Source: an uncultured bacterium (GTDB lineage: Bacteria > Krumholzibacteriota > Krumholzibacteriia > Krumholzibacteriales > Krumholzibacteriaceae). From it: a stretch of 64,000 bases of DNA. Both the position numbers and the translations under genes were made by a program. Below, piece after piece: positions 10,411-19,857 of the stretch. How positions within the stretch are numbered: the first letter of the stretch is position 1; each line of letters begins with the position of its first letter. The notes beneath the pieces are model-generated. The model saw only the letters and a list, made by a program, of their open reading frames with translations, made no database searches and was not told where the DNA came from. The stretch lies in the NCBI GenBank assembly GCA_964422745.1, contig CAYRCK010000004.1, positions 4,497-68,496 on the forward strand. The letters are read 5' to 3'.

Positions 10411-10721
10411 TTCGCCCAATAAAAAGCATATGTTTTTCGAGTACGCAGAAAGGGGGTTTACTCGAATAAAAGACCTACTAGGCAGCTTGTGGGTATAGAC
10501 TTTTTTGAGCGGACTTGCGGTGACGGCCGCACGTACCAATTTAGTGGGGATCAGGCCTGGAAGGAGGGATGCAGGAAACAGAGATTGTGGAGCGTCATCA
10601 GGCGCAGAATAGGTGACCAAGTAACTGGGACGAAATTCGCATGTTGATGCGGTGATATAGAATGGATGTTCCTGAAAGAACTTATCCTGATCAATGGAGA
10701 GTAACTTACAGGGGGAAAGTA

Positions 10722-11984
10722 ATGAAGAAACTATTTCTTTTGATGTTGACGATGGCCGTGGCGGTCTCATTCGCGATGCCGGCGATGGCTACCGATGCCA
10801 GGGTGATGGCTCTGGGCAACACTCAGAACTATCTCGAGGATGATTACAACATCTTCGCATGGCCTGCAACGCTGCCGAGCTACGCCAACCTGGTAATGAT
10901 CGGTCTCTGCGGAGACCCGGATTACTGCTGCGAGTACTACTACCCTTACTACGCTAACGGATGGGAAGGATACTACTGCCAGACCATCATGGGCGGAATC
11001 CTTGGCCTCGGCGAGGACAACAAGTACGGGGCGTTGGGAATGTTCTTCTTCGAGGGCACTCCCGGAATAAACCCCATTCCGTACAGTGAATTCTACGGCG
11101 CTTGGGAATTCGAGTACCTTTTCGCCAGCACAATCTACAACAAGTTCAACGTTCTCTGGGGATACGACATGGAGGGCCTGTCCTTCGGTTTCAACTTCGA
11201 GAGAGCAGACCAGATGTGGAAGGAAGAGAACGACGTAGAGTACGAGAATAAGCATGCCTATACCAAGTTCGCGGCCAGTGTCCGTTTCGATGTCGGCGAG
11301 GCCGGCTATGCGGACCTGGCCTTCAACGTGGCATTCGCCTCGATGACGGACACGCTTGATGGCTACGGTGAGAGGACCGAGGACGGCAACATGCTGTGGG
11401 GTGTCCAGGGCCGCATGTTCTACGAGTACAGCGAGATGTTCACATTCGTGCCGTACATCGGTGTGAGCATGTTCGACTTCTCCACGAAGGTGCAGCGCAA
11501 CAGCGAGGATTACGCGGATTACTACTACGGCGAGAAGGGCATGATGTTCAATACCGGCTTCGGTATCGACATGACGGTCAACGAGGACAACATGCTGCTC
11601 TTCGCCATCGAGCCCTATTCCTTCGGCAAGTTCGAGCCGTCGGAGCCGCCCGACGGAGTCGAGGCATGGGGCAAGGTCGTGTACTTCCCGCGTTTCCGCC
11701 TGGCTCTCGAGAGCGATGTCAAGGACTGGCTGACCTTCAGAGCCGGCTGCGTGAAGGAGCTCCAGAAGACGGAGGTCTTCTACAGCTATGAGGACGACGA
11801 GTCGACGTACACCGATACCTGTGGTGATTTCTACTACATGATGGGTCTCGGCTTCCACATCGGCGACTTCGACATCGACTGCGTAGTCAACAACGAGCTT
11901 CCATTCACGATGGGATACTGGCTGACCGGATTCGAGAACACGGAGCAGCCGATCTGGATGCTTACGGCGCTCTACCACTTCTAA
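10722..11984 (+). CDS. Outer-membrane beta-barrel protein, aromatic/acidic-rich, uncharacterised (probably abundant OMP)
   Basis: RBS GGGGGAAAG 4 nt before ATG 10722. Signal peptide MKKLFLLMLTMAVAVSFAMPAMA. C-terminal LYHF (terminal Phe typical of OM barrels). Strong bias to C/G-ending codons unlike neighbours. Promoter and strong terminator flank it. Confidence 0.55.
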   Translation: MKKLFLLMLTMAVAVSFAMPAMATDARVMALGNTQNYLEDDYNIFAWPATLPSYANLVMIGLCGDPDYCCEYYYPYYANGWEGYYCQTIMGGILGLGEDNKYGALGMFFFEGTPGINPIPYSEFYGAWEFEYLFASTIYNKFNVLWGYDMEGLSFGFNFERADQMWKEENDVEYENKHAYTKFAASVRFDVGEAGYADLAFNVAFASMTDTLDGYGERTEDGNMLWGVQGRMFYEYSEMFTFVPYIGVSMFDFSTKVQRNSEDYADYYYGEKGMMFNTGFGIDMTVNEDNMLLFAIEPYSFGKFEPSEPPDGVEAWGKVVYFPRFRLALESDVKDWLTFRAGCVKELQKTEVFYSYEDDESTYTDTCGDFYYMMGLGFHIGDFDIDCVVNNELPFTMGYWLTGFENTEQPIWMLTALYHF

Positions 11985-12010
11985 TCCGTATTAGTTTTGG
12001 TAAACCTCAC

Positions 12011-12047
12011 ACGGGGGGCTGTTGCACACGGTCCCCCGTATCTTTTT
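12011..12047 (+). terminator. Rho-independent terminator after the OMP gene
   Basis: Stem ACGGGGGGC/GTCCCCCGT (9 bp, one G-U) followed by ATCTTTTT. Confidence 0.7.
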
Positions 12048-12136
12048 CCTCCTCGTAGTCCATTTTTTACAACGATTTACCTTTCTGGTCTGTTAATTGC
12101 AATCTGAATTGCAGTAAGCGCATGTAGAGGAGAAAA

Positions 12137-13384
12137 TTGTATTTTTTCTATTACATCCCTGTCGGCCTGGACATCCGAGTAACGCGAAGAACCGCGATAA
12201 CATATTTTATGGCAAGCTCTTGCGTTGTCGTGTTTCTGGTTTCGAGATATATGCTCTCGGGCCCGTGGTGGAACTTCATGAACCTCGTCTTCTGGCCAGC
12301 CAATCCCTCGCTGTCTACCGCGGTTACGCATATCTTTATGCATACCAGCTACTTACACCTTATAGGCAATATCGTTTACATCCTTATCTTCGGTAGGGCC
12401 GTGGAGGACCGCTTCGGGCCGCTGAGGTTCACCTTGATCTTCGTTCTGTCCGCAGTAGCGGGTGCATATACGCATATGCTGTTCACCGCTCTCTTCTCGC
12501 CTCCGCTGCACGGATTGGGTGTCGTAGGCGCATCAGGAGCCACATCGGGGCTTCTTGGGGCTTTCCTCGTGCGATTCTACTTCAGCAGGGTACGCGTCGC
12601 CTATTGGGTGTTCATGCCCCTTCAGGGTGTGAATAGAGCCGGCAGGACCTATGCGCCGGTTGTATGCGCATTGCTCCTCTGGCTTCTATTTCAGGGCACA
12701 TATGCCGTTATACAGCTCGGGACGAATGGTTTTGGAATCGCGTATCTTGTTCATATCGGTGGATTTGGAACCGGAGTGCTTCTAGCAGTAGCGTTCGGAG
12801 CCAGGGGGGCGGCCGGTGCAGAGAGGCACCTCACAAAGGCCAGGTTGCACTTCACCGGGGCGAACTGGTTCGCATCGCAGGGGGAGTACCTCAACTACCT
12901 CTCCGTCCGGCCGGACGACGCCTCCGCCACAACGGAAGCGGCCAGGGCATTCGTTTGTACGCGTGACATGGGTCCGGCACGCGAACACTACCGGAAGGCC
13001 ATAGACCTCTGCATGAGAAGTGGCGCTCGCCAGGATGCCGAGGACATCTTCAAGGAGGCGATACGCTCCATAGAGGGTTTCGCTCTGCCACCGGAGCTTC
13101 ATCTCGATCTGGCCTTCATGATGGAGAGGACTTTGAAATTCCAATCGGCTGTAGCCGCGTACAGGAACTATCTCTCGACCTACCCGCGGTCTCAGGAAGC
13201 TCCTTTCATATTGCTCAGGATCGCCGGTATACTGGAGAAGAGGTTCCGGAAACCCGCGTTGTCCCTCTCGCTGCTGAAGAGGATACTCGGGGAGTACCAC
13301 GATGATGTTTGGGCTGATTACACGCGGTCCGAGGTAGAGAGGCTGGAGCGAGCCGGATGGGCGGCATCTACCGGCCCTGCTTGA
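12137..13384 (+). CDS. Rhomboid-family intramembrane serine protease with C-terminal TPR-like domain
   Basis: Rhomboid core with GASGATSG (catalytic Ser) and the downstream His in AYLVHIGGFG. About 170-aa helical TPR-like C-terminal extension. Start may be at a later Met. Confidence 0.75.
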   Translation: MYFFYYIPVGLDIRVTRRTAITYFMASSCVVVFLVSRYMLSGPWWNFMNLVFWPANPSLSTAVTHIFMHTSYLHLIGNIVYILIFGRAVEDRFGPLRFTLIFVLSAVAGAYTHMLFTALFSPPLHGLGVVGASGATSGLLGAFLVRFYFSRVRVAYWVFMPLQGVNRAGRTYAPVVCALLLWLLFQGTYAVIQLGTNGFGIAYLVHIGGFGTGVLLAVAFGARGAAGAERHLTKARLHFTGANWFASQGEYLNYLSVRPDDASATTEAARAFVCTRDMGPAREHYRKAIDLCMRSGARQDAEDIFKEAIRSIEGFALPPELHLDLAFMMERTLKFQSAVAAYRNYLSTYPRSQEAPFILLRIAGILEKRFRKPALSLSLLKRILGEYHDDVWADYTRSEVERLERAGWAASTGPA

Positions 13385-13510
13385 ATTTTACCGGCGCGGC
13401 GGGTACGAGTGAGTTAAAGAACCAATTCCCGGCTCTTTGCTCGTCTGATTGGAAGGCAGGATTAAAATATCTTGAATTGACACGGACGTTCTGCTAGATT
13501 CTGCGAGGAT

Positions 13511-14206
13511 GTGGGGTGGTGTGGTTTGCGAGGTTCAACAAAATCGCTGCTCGAAGTCCTGAGATCCAAGTGGTGCCTGAGAGGGTGCAATAGGCTGGGG
13601 GACAACGAGTTGCTGGCCTTGGTTCTCGGCAGTGCGAACCACAGGTCCGGAGGGGCAATCGCACAAGAACTTATGGATCACTACGGTGACCTGATGGAGA
13701 TCGGCAATGCCGGGGTGGATGAGCTCATGGGTTTCAGGGGTATCGGTAGAGCGGCGGCCCTCCGCTTGAAGGCTTCTATCGAACTCGGGAGGCGCTGTAT
13801 AATCTGCGGCAGGGAGCGCGTTTACACCAAGGTTTGTTCGCCCGAAGATGTTGCCGGTTTGATGATTCCCGAGATGAAAGGATTGGATAGGGAGCATTTC
13901 AAGGCAATTCTGCTGAACACCAAGAACCGCATCCTCAGGATCGTAACGGTCGCGGTGGGATCATTGAACGCGGCTCTCGTGCATCCCAGAGAGATATTCA
14001 AGGCGGCGGTTATCGCGAGCGCCGCCGGAATCATCATCGTGCACAACCATCCAACCGGCAATCCGGAGCCGAGCCGCGAGGATGAAGAGCTCACGGTGCG
14101 TTTCGCCAAATGCGGAGAGCTGATGGGCATAGATGTAGTGGATCACATCATCGTCGGGGACGGTCATTTCGTCAGCATGAGGGAAAGAGGTCTGCTCAGT
14201 ACATGA
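13511..14206 (+). CDS. radC: RadC-family JAB/MPN domain protein
   Basis: HhH-like N-terminus and JAMM motif HNHPTGNPEPS...D. Conserved radC-mreBCD synteny. Confidence 0.85.
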   Translation: MGWCGLRGSTKSLLEVLRSKWCLRGCNRLGDNELLALVLGSANHRSGGAIAQELMDHYGDLMEIGNAGVDELMGFRGIGRAAALRLKASIELGRRCIICGRERVYTKVCSPEDVAGLMIPEMKGLDREHFKAILLNTKNRILRIVTVAVGSLNAALVHPREIFKAAVIASAAGIIIVHNHPTGNPEPSREDEELTVRFAKCGELMGIDVVDHIIVGDGHFVSMRERGLLST

Positions 14207-14221
14207 AAGGAAGGAATAAAC

Positions 14222-15256
14222 TTGCTAGGTCGCATATCGACATACCTATCCAATGATATTGCGATAGATCTCGGGACCGCGAATACATTGATCTATCTCA
14301 AGGGCAGTGGAATTGTGATCAATGAGCCATCCGTCGTAGCCGTGGATCAAAAAACCAAGAAGGTCTACGCCGTTGGAGCGGATGCCAAATCGATGCTCGG
14401 GAAAACGCCGGATCACATCATTGCTGTCAGGCCCATGAAGGACGGCGTAATAGCGGATTTCGATATAACGGAGGTCATGCTCAGGGAGTTCATAAAGAGA
14501 TCCCAGAAGAGACGTTTCTTCATCAGGCCCAGGATCGTGATCAGCGTGCCTTCAGGGATAACCGAGGTAGAGCGGCGCGCCGTTGTCGACTCGGCCCAGA
14601 ATGCAGGTGCAAGAGAGGTATATCTCGTTGCGGAGCCTATAGCGGCGGCGATAGGGGTGGGATTGCCCGTTGACAAGCCGTCCGGTAACATGGTCATAGA
14701 CATCGGCGGAGGTACGACGGAGATCGCCGTCATTGCCCTTAACGGGATCGTGACGGATATATCCATTCGTGTCGGAGGGGATGAAATGGACGAAGTGATC
14801 ATCCAGCATGTCAAGAAGACTTATAATCTGCTGATCGGTGATCAGACCGCAGAGCATGTGAAGATGGTTATAGGATCCGCAACAAAGCTCAATCAGGAAG
14901 AAGAGATGGAAATAAAGGGCAGGGACCTGGTCTCCGGCATTCCAAAGATTCTCAGGATCTCGAGTGTTGAAATCCGGGAAGCGCTCACCGAACCGCTCAG
15001 TCAGATAGTAGCGGCGCTTAGGACAGCATTGGAGCAGACTCCGCCGGAGCTTGCCGCAGACATCGTGGAAAGAGGCATAGTCATGACGGGTGGAGGGTCG
15101 ATGCTCAAGGGTATGGATAATTTCCTCAAGGAGGAGACGAACCTGCCTATCAACGTCGTCGAGGATCCATTGACCTGCGTAGTGTTGGGAAGCGGAAAGA
15201 TCCTGGGATCACTGCACCTTTACGAGCGGATAATAATGAGAAGCTCCCGGTTGTAA
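14222..15256 (+). CDS. mreB: Rod shape-determining protein MreB
   Basis: Actin-like ATPase; N-terminus IAIDLGTANTLIY, 344 aa; followed by mreC and mreD. Confidence 0.95.
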   Translation: MLGRISTYLSNDIAIDLGTANTLIYLKGSGIVINEPSVVAVDQKTKKVYAVGADAKSMLGKTPDHIIAVRPMKDGVIADFDITEVMLREFIKRSQKRRFFIRPRIVISVPSGITEVERRAVVDSAQNAGAREVYLVAEPIAAAIGVGLPVDKPSGNMVIDIGGGTTEIAVIALNGIVTDISIRVGGDEMDEVIIQHVKKTYNLLIGDQTAEHVKMVIGSATKLNQEEEMEIKGRDLVSGIPKILRISSVEIREALTEPLSQIVAALRTALEQTPPELAADIVERGIVMTGGGSMLKGMDNFLKEETNLPINVVEDPLTCVVLGSGKILGSLHLYERIIMRSSRL

Positions 15257-15258
15257 GC

Positions 15259-16098
15259 ATGCAGATTCTTTCTTTCCTTTTCGATAAGCACATCGATAAA
15301 ACGGTTCTCGCTGTTGCTGTAGCGATGTCTCTTCTTCTGCTTACCCGAAGCGAGGAGAGCAAAGTCAGATCCGCCAGGGCCGTATCGGATGTTCTCCTCT
15401 ATCCCATACACAGCACGGAGAAATATTTCAGTGATATTGACGAGTTGAGGGAGGAGAACCGGAAACTAAGGAGATTATCGGCATCGCTCTATCATGAGAG
15501 GGAGAAACTGCTGCAGTTCAAGGATGAGAGAAACCGGTTACGGAGATTGGCAGGCCTCAGGGAGGACTCATTTTTCGATTTTCTGCCGTGCGAGGTTACC
15601 GCCCGTTCCTCGAACCGCTTTCACAACTCGGTTACCATTGACAGGGGCGGTTCCGACGGTGTCAGGGTCGGAATGGCGGTGGTCGGCTACCGGGGAGTCG
15701 TAGGGCGCGTGACACAGGTTTTCGGCAGCACGTCCAGGGTCTTGCTTCTTAACAACAAATCGATTTCCGTCAGCTGCCGTGATAAGCGCAGCCGTGTCGT
15801 AGGTATACTCGAATGGGACAAGGGGAACCTGTTTAAGCTGGAATTCATAGGTAAAGAGGAAGACGTGATCGTGGGGGACACCCTGTTGACGAGCGGTTTG
15901 GGTGAGCTTTTCCCCAAGGGTTTTCCGCTGGGCACGGTTTTTCATGTTACGGAGGAGAGGAGCGGCCTGTACAGAAACGTTGGGGTTGTCAGCATGGCCA
16001 ATCTCAAAACCCTGGAAGAGCTTTTCGTCGTGGTCGGCGGCAGGGACTGGGAAAATACCAGGATCTACGAGGAGCTCGAACAATCGCTCAAGGACTAG
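15259..16098 (+). CDS. mreC: Rod shape-determining protein MreC
   Basis: N-terminal TM, coiled coil, C-terminal beta domain. Position after mreB. Confidence 0.85.
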   Translation: MQILSFLFDKHIDKTVLAVAVAMSLLLLTRSEESKVRSARAVSDVLLYPIHSTEKYFSDIDELREENRKLRRLSASLYHEREKLLQFKDERNRLRRLAGLREDSFFDFLPCEVTARSSNRFHNSVTIDRGGSDGVRVGMAVVGYRGVVGRVTQVFGSTSRVLLLNNKSISVSCRDKRSRVVGILEWDKGNLFKLEFIGKEEDVIVGDTLLTSGLGELFPKGFPLGTVFHVTEERSGLYRNVGVVSMANLKTLEELFVVVGGRDWENTRIYEELEQSLKD

Positions 16099-16115
16099 CG
16101 GCGGGGGTGTGATCG

Positions 16116-16613
16116 TTGTATCTATTCCGTGTGATAATAGGATCGCTAATCGTATTCATCCTCCAGGTCACGATGGTGCCCCGCATGACCGTAGGAGGCA
16201 TATCGCCGGATCTGATGGTCATCCTGCTCGTGATCCTCGTCAAGGGCAAGAACGCGGTTTTCGCCGTCGTTGTGGGTTTTCTGCTTGGATTTCTGCAGGA
16301 CCTGGGTAACGCGTCCTATCTCGGAATGAACGCTCTGGCAAAATCGGTGGTTGGGTATGGCATATTCCAGGCCTGCGGGGGATTGTTTCCGGACAATGTG
16401 ATTTTCAGGGGACTTTTGATCCTCGGTGCATCGCTTGTCAACGATATTATAATTCTCACGATCACAACCTCTGTATCTCTCACAGATATCTTCTCGTGGT
16501 TCTTCAAGTTCTCCGTCTTGTCGGGTATCAGCACGGCCGTCATCGGTGTGATCGTGCTGGAAATCATCAATGCTGCTACGAGAAGGAGGACCAGGACCGA
16601 TGGCGGATTTTGA
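16116..16613 (+). CDS. mreD: Rod shape-determining protein MreD
   Basis: Small polytopic membrane protein (165 aa) between mreC and PBP2. Confidence 0.7.
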   Translation: MYLFRVIIGSLIVFILQVTMVPRMTVGGISPDLMVILLVILVKGKNAVFAVVVGFLLGFLQDLGNASYLGMNALAKSVVGYGIFQACGGLFPDNVIFRGLLILGASLVNDIIILTITTSVSLTDIFSWFFKFSVLSGISTAVIGVIVLEIINAATRRRTRTDGGF

Positions 16614-18564
16614 CAGGCAGGAAGGACCGGTCCTGATGCTCCGCAGGAGAAATCTCGTCGTCCTCCTGCTCGGAGCGATCGCCCTGCTGACGGGAAGACT
16701 TTTCTACCTGCAGGTGATCCGGCACGATTACTACAGCAGGCAGGCTTTTTTCAACAGGATTCAGAGAGAACGGATCGTGGCTCCAAGGGGCTTGATAAGG
16801 GCCAGGGACGGCTCGAAGCTTGTCGTGAACGTGCCGGTCTACCAGATATGCATCCTTCCCCATAGAGCCAGGAACGTGGAATCGAGTTTGGGGCTGGCAT
16901 GTGAGCTTCTATCGATAGATGAGGACAAGCTTCAGAGGGATATAGACTCCTGGATCGGCAAGTATCCCGACGGCAGAAGCATGACGGTGGTTCAAGCGGC
17001 GGACAAGAGACAGATATCCGTGTTGATGGAGAACCGAGCCCTATTCCCCTTCTTCAAGCTCGTCATGAAGCACAGGCGCCAGTATCCGGAAGATTCCCTC
17101 GCCGTGCATATGCTCGGTCAGGTGGGGGAAGTAACGGACCAGGAGCTAAAGGATTCGAAGAGCCTGCATCCCGGCGATATCGTGGGTCGTGCCGGTGTGG
17201 AGTATACATACGACGATTATCTAAAGGGAAAGGACGGGGTTAGGATAATCGAGATGAGCGCGGGTGGAGAGCGTATAGAGGAGCTGGAAGGGCTATTCAA
17301 GTATGAGGATCCCGAGGGTGTCGTGGGGGCTCGTCCGTCGATCCCCGGCAGTGATATATACCTGACGATAGACCTGGCTCTGCAGAGGGTTGTGGAAGGC
17401 GCGTTCAAATGGAACAAGGGTAGTGTTATAGCCATGGATCCATCGAACGGGGAAATTCTTGCGGCGGTCAGTCGGCCCGCTTTCGATCCGAACATCTCTC
17501 TCAGCGGAACGATGGGTGAGAAGTGGCAGGATCTCTACGAAAATCCCGATAAACCGTTGTTCAACAGGACGGTACAGGCCCTGTATCCGCCCGGCTCTAT
17601 ATTCAAGCTGATTACAGGCTATGCGGCCGTGGTGAACGGATTGGTCTCGATCGACGAACGACTGGAACCGTGCTTTGGAGGATACCAGTTCGGGAATCGG
17701 TTCTTCCGCTGCTGGCTGCCGGAGGGCCATGGTTCGCTGTCTCTCTCCGGCGCTTTGATATATTCCTGTGATACGTATTTCTATCAGATCGGAAAGGTTT
17801 TAAGCGCCGATCAATTCGCCGCGGCAGCACGGCTATTCGGACTGGGGGACGTGACCGGTGTGGATATACCGAGTGAGGCGGTGGGCATCATACCGGATCA
17901 CTCCTATTTCGACCGCAGGTTCGGCAAGAGAAAATGGACGAAGGGACACCTGCTGAACTACTCGATAGGCCAGGGTGAGGTGCTGATCACTCCCCTGCAG
18001 GCCTGTGTCATGGTTTCCGTATTTGCCAATGGAGGGAGGATGGTGCATCCGCACATAGTCAAACGAATTGTGGACGCCGATGGAATCGAGGTCTTCGAAG
18101 GCGAAGAGCGGGCCTATCCGATCCAGCGGATGAACCTGGATATCCTTCGCGTTATAAGGGATTTGATGGAAAGGGTGATTGCGGACGAGAGGGGTACGGG
18201 TAGATTCGCAGCGGTCAGGGGCTTGAGAGTAGCCGGGAAGACCGGGACCGCCCAGAATCCCCATGGTGAGGATCATGCCATCTTTGTTGCATTCGCGCCC
18301 GTTGAGTCGCCGGAGCTGGCACTGGCCATCGTGATGGAGAACGCAGGACACGGAGGTGTTATGGCCGCCCCGATAGCACGTGAGATATTTTCCAGCTACT
18401 GCGGCACGGTGGCGGGTTCGGGAACGGGAGGCGCACTTGCGGGATCGATGGTGCCGGTATGGAGCGATCGAGTTACACCGGATCGGCCGGGGTATCTGGG
18501 CGATCACGATGGTACGGTTGTGATCTCCCCGGATTCGAGAGTGAATCGCAGGGGATCGGAGTAG
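16600..18564 (+). CDS. mrdA: Penicillin-binding protein 2 (peptidoglycan D,D-transpeptidase MrdA)
   Basis: PBP dimerisation plus transpeptidase domains (SxxK, SxN, KTGT in AGKTGTAQ). Preceded by mreBCD and followed by rodA. ORF opens at 16570; ATG 16600 or 16636 plausible. Confidence 0.9.
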   Translation: MADFDRQEGPVLMLRRRNLVVLLLGAIALLTGRLFYLQVIRHDYYSRQAFFNRIQRERIVAPRGLIRARDGSKLVVNVPVYQICILPHRARNVESSLGLACELLSIDEDKLQRDIDSWIGKYPDGRSMTVVQAADKRQISVLMENRALFPFFKLVMKHRRQYPEDSLAVHMLGQVGEVTDQELKDSKSLHPGDIVGRAGVEYTYDDYLKGKDGVRIIEMSAGGERIEELEGLFKYEDPEGVVGARPSIPGSDIYLTIDLALQRVVEGAFKWNKGSVIAMDPSNGEILAAVSRPAFDPNISLSGTMGEKWQDLYENPDKPLFNRTVQALYPPGSIFKLITGYAAVVNGLVSIDERLEPCFGGYQFGNRFFRCWLPEGHGSLSLSGALIYSCDTYFYQIGKVLSADQFAAAARLFGLGDVTGVDIPSEAVGIIPDHSYFDRRFGKRKWTKGHLLNYSIGQGEVLITPLQACVMVSVFANGGRMVHPHIVKRIVDADGIEVFEGEERAYPIQRMNLDILRVIRDLMERVIADERGTGRFAAVRGLRVAGKTGTAQNPHGEDHAIFVAFAPVESPELALAIVMENAGHGGVMAAPIAREIFSSYCGTVAGSGTGGALAGSMVPVWSDRVTPDRPGYLGDHDGTVVISPDSRVNRRGSE

Positions 18565-18567
18565 AGC

Positions 18568-19854
18568 ATGAACAGCAGCATGAAGATGCCTACGAGGTAC
18601 TTCCAGGATTTCGACTGGCTGATCCTAATACCCGTTCTCGCCCTCATGCTCGTGGGCCTTCTAACACTCTACTCCGTCGGGCATGTGCCCGGCGAGCTCA
18701 GAGGTGCATTCCCGGAGGGAGAGACGCAATTTTTCCATAAGCAGGTCGTATGGAGCATTCTGGGAATTGCAGTAATGGTGATCACGTTTCTTCTGCCTTT
18801 CGGCTATTACGAGAGTACGGCGTTGTTCCTGTATCTCGCGGGAGCCCTGCTGCTGATCATCGTCCTGCTTCTCGAACCCTTCAAGGGGGCCAGCCGCTGG
18901 ATCGTGCTGGGAGGTTTCAGGTTCCAGCCGAGTGAATTCATGAAGATCGCAGTTATATTTCTGCTTGCCAGGTTTCTATCGGGAAAACGCAGCGACCCCA
19001 ACAGGCTCCGCGTTCTGGTCATAACATTCGCCGTAGTCGCGGTCCCGTTCCTGCTCGTCGTGAAGCAGCCCGATCTCGGCACATCCCTCGTGTTTCCTGC
19101 ACTTCTGTTTCCCGTCCTCTACTGGCGGGGGCTCAATGAGAGCATCTTGATGCTTTTTGTAACCCCGTTCATAAGCGCGTTCCTGACCATTTACAGCGAA
19201 TGCACGCTGGGGAGAGGATCTTATCCCTATCCGCTGCTTATCTTTTTCCTTATCATCCTGGCCATCGCGTACAAGAGGAGACACAGGTTCGTGCAGAGTG
19301 TGATGCTGGTTGTGCTGAACGTTGCCGTTATGCTGATAGTGCCAAACATATGGAGCAGGTTGCAGTTATATCAGCAGAAGAGGATTCTTGCCTTTCTGCG
19401 TCCGGAGTCAGATATTCTGGGCACCGGATGGCAGGTGTTCCAATCGAAGATATCCATCGGATCGGGCGGTTTCTTCGGCAAGCAGTTCCTGCACGGGACG
19501 CAGAAGCTGCTGGCCTTTCTGCCCGAGAGGCATTCTGATTTTGTTTATTCTGTTCTTTCGGAGGAACTCGGATTCATCGGCGCCTTTGCCGTGCTCATCC
19601 TGTTCACCGTCTTCATCGTTCGTATCCTGTATCTTACGACGAAGCTCAAGAATCGTTTCGCCTCGATCGCCTCGGTGGGCATATGTTCATATTTCACGTT
19701 TCACCTGTTCGTCAACGTTGGCATGACCATAGGACTGGCACCTGTGACCGGGCTGCCCCTGCCGTTTATAAGCTACGGGGGCAGTTCGATGATCGTGAAC
19801 TGTTTCATGGTGGGAGTGCTGCTCAATTTCAGCACCCATTTCTACGAGTATTGA
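18568..19854 (+). CDS. rodA: Rod shape-determining protein RodA (SEDS family glycosyltransferase)
   Basis: FtsW/RodA/SpoVE family 10-TM protein immediately after PBP2. Confidence 0.9.
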   Translation: MNSSMKMPTRYFQDFDWLILIPVLALMLVGLLTLYSVGHVPGELRGAFPEGETQFFHKQVVWSILGIAVMVITFLLPFGYYESTALFLYLAGALLLIIVLLLEPFKGASRWIVLGGFRFQPSEFMKIAVIFLLARFLSGKRSDPNRLRVLVITFAVVAVPFLLVVKQPDLGTSLVFPALLFPVLYWRGLNESILMLFVTPFISAFLTIYSECTLGRGSYPYPLLIFFLIILAIAYKRRHRFVQSVMLVVLNVAVMLIVPNIWSRLQLYQQKRILAFLRPESDILGTGWQVFQSKISIGSGGFFGKQFLHGTQKLLAFLPERHSDFVYSVLSEELGFIGAFAVLILFTVFIVRILYLTTKLKNRFASIASVGICSYFTFHLFVNVGMTIGLAPVTGLPLPFISYGGSSMIVNCFMVGVLLNFSTHFYEY

Positions 19855-19857
19855 GGA

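Noticed and set aside
10767-11978. 403-aa minus-strand ORF covering the whole OMP gene
   Set aside because: Low-complexity V/L/E/A/H-rich antisense shadow typical of high-GC coding DNA. The + strand gene has RBS, signal peptide, C-terminal Phe, promoter and terminator.
13470-13510. Possible sigma-70 promoter upstream of radC (TTGAAT-N17-TAGATT)
   Set aside because: Only 4/6 matches in each hexamer; too weak to report as a feature without TSS data.
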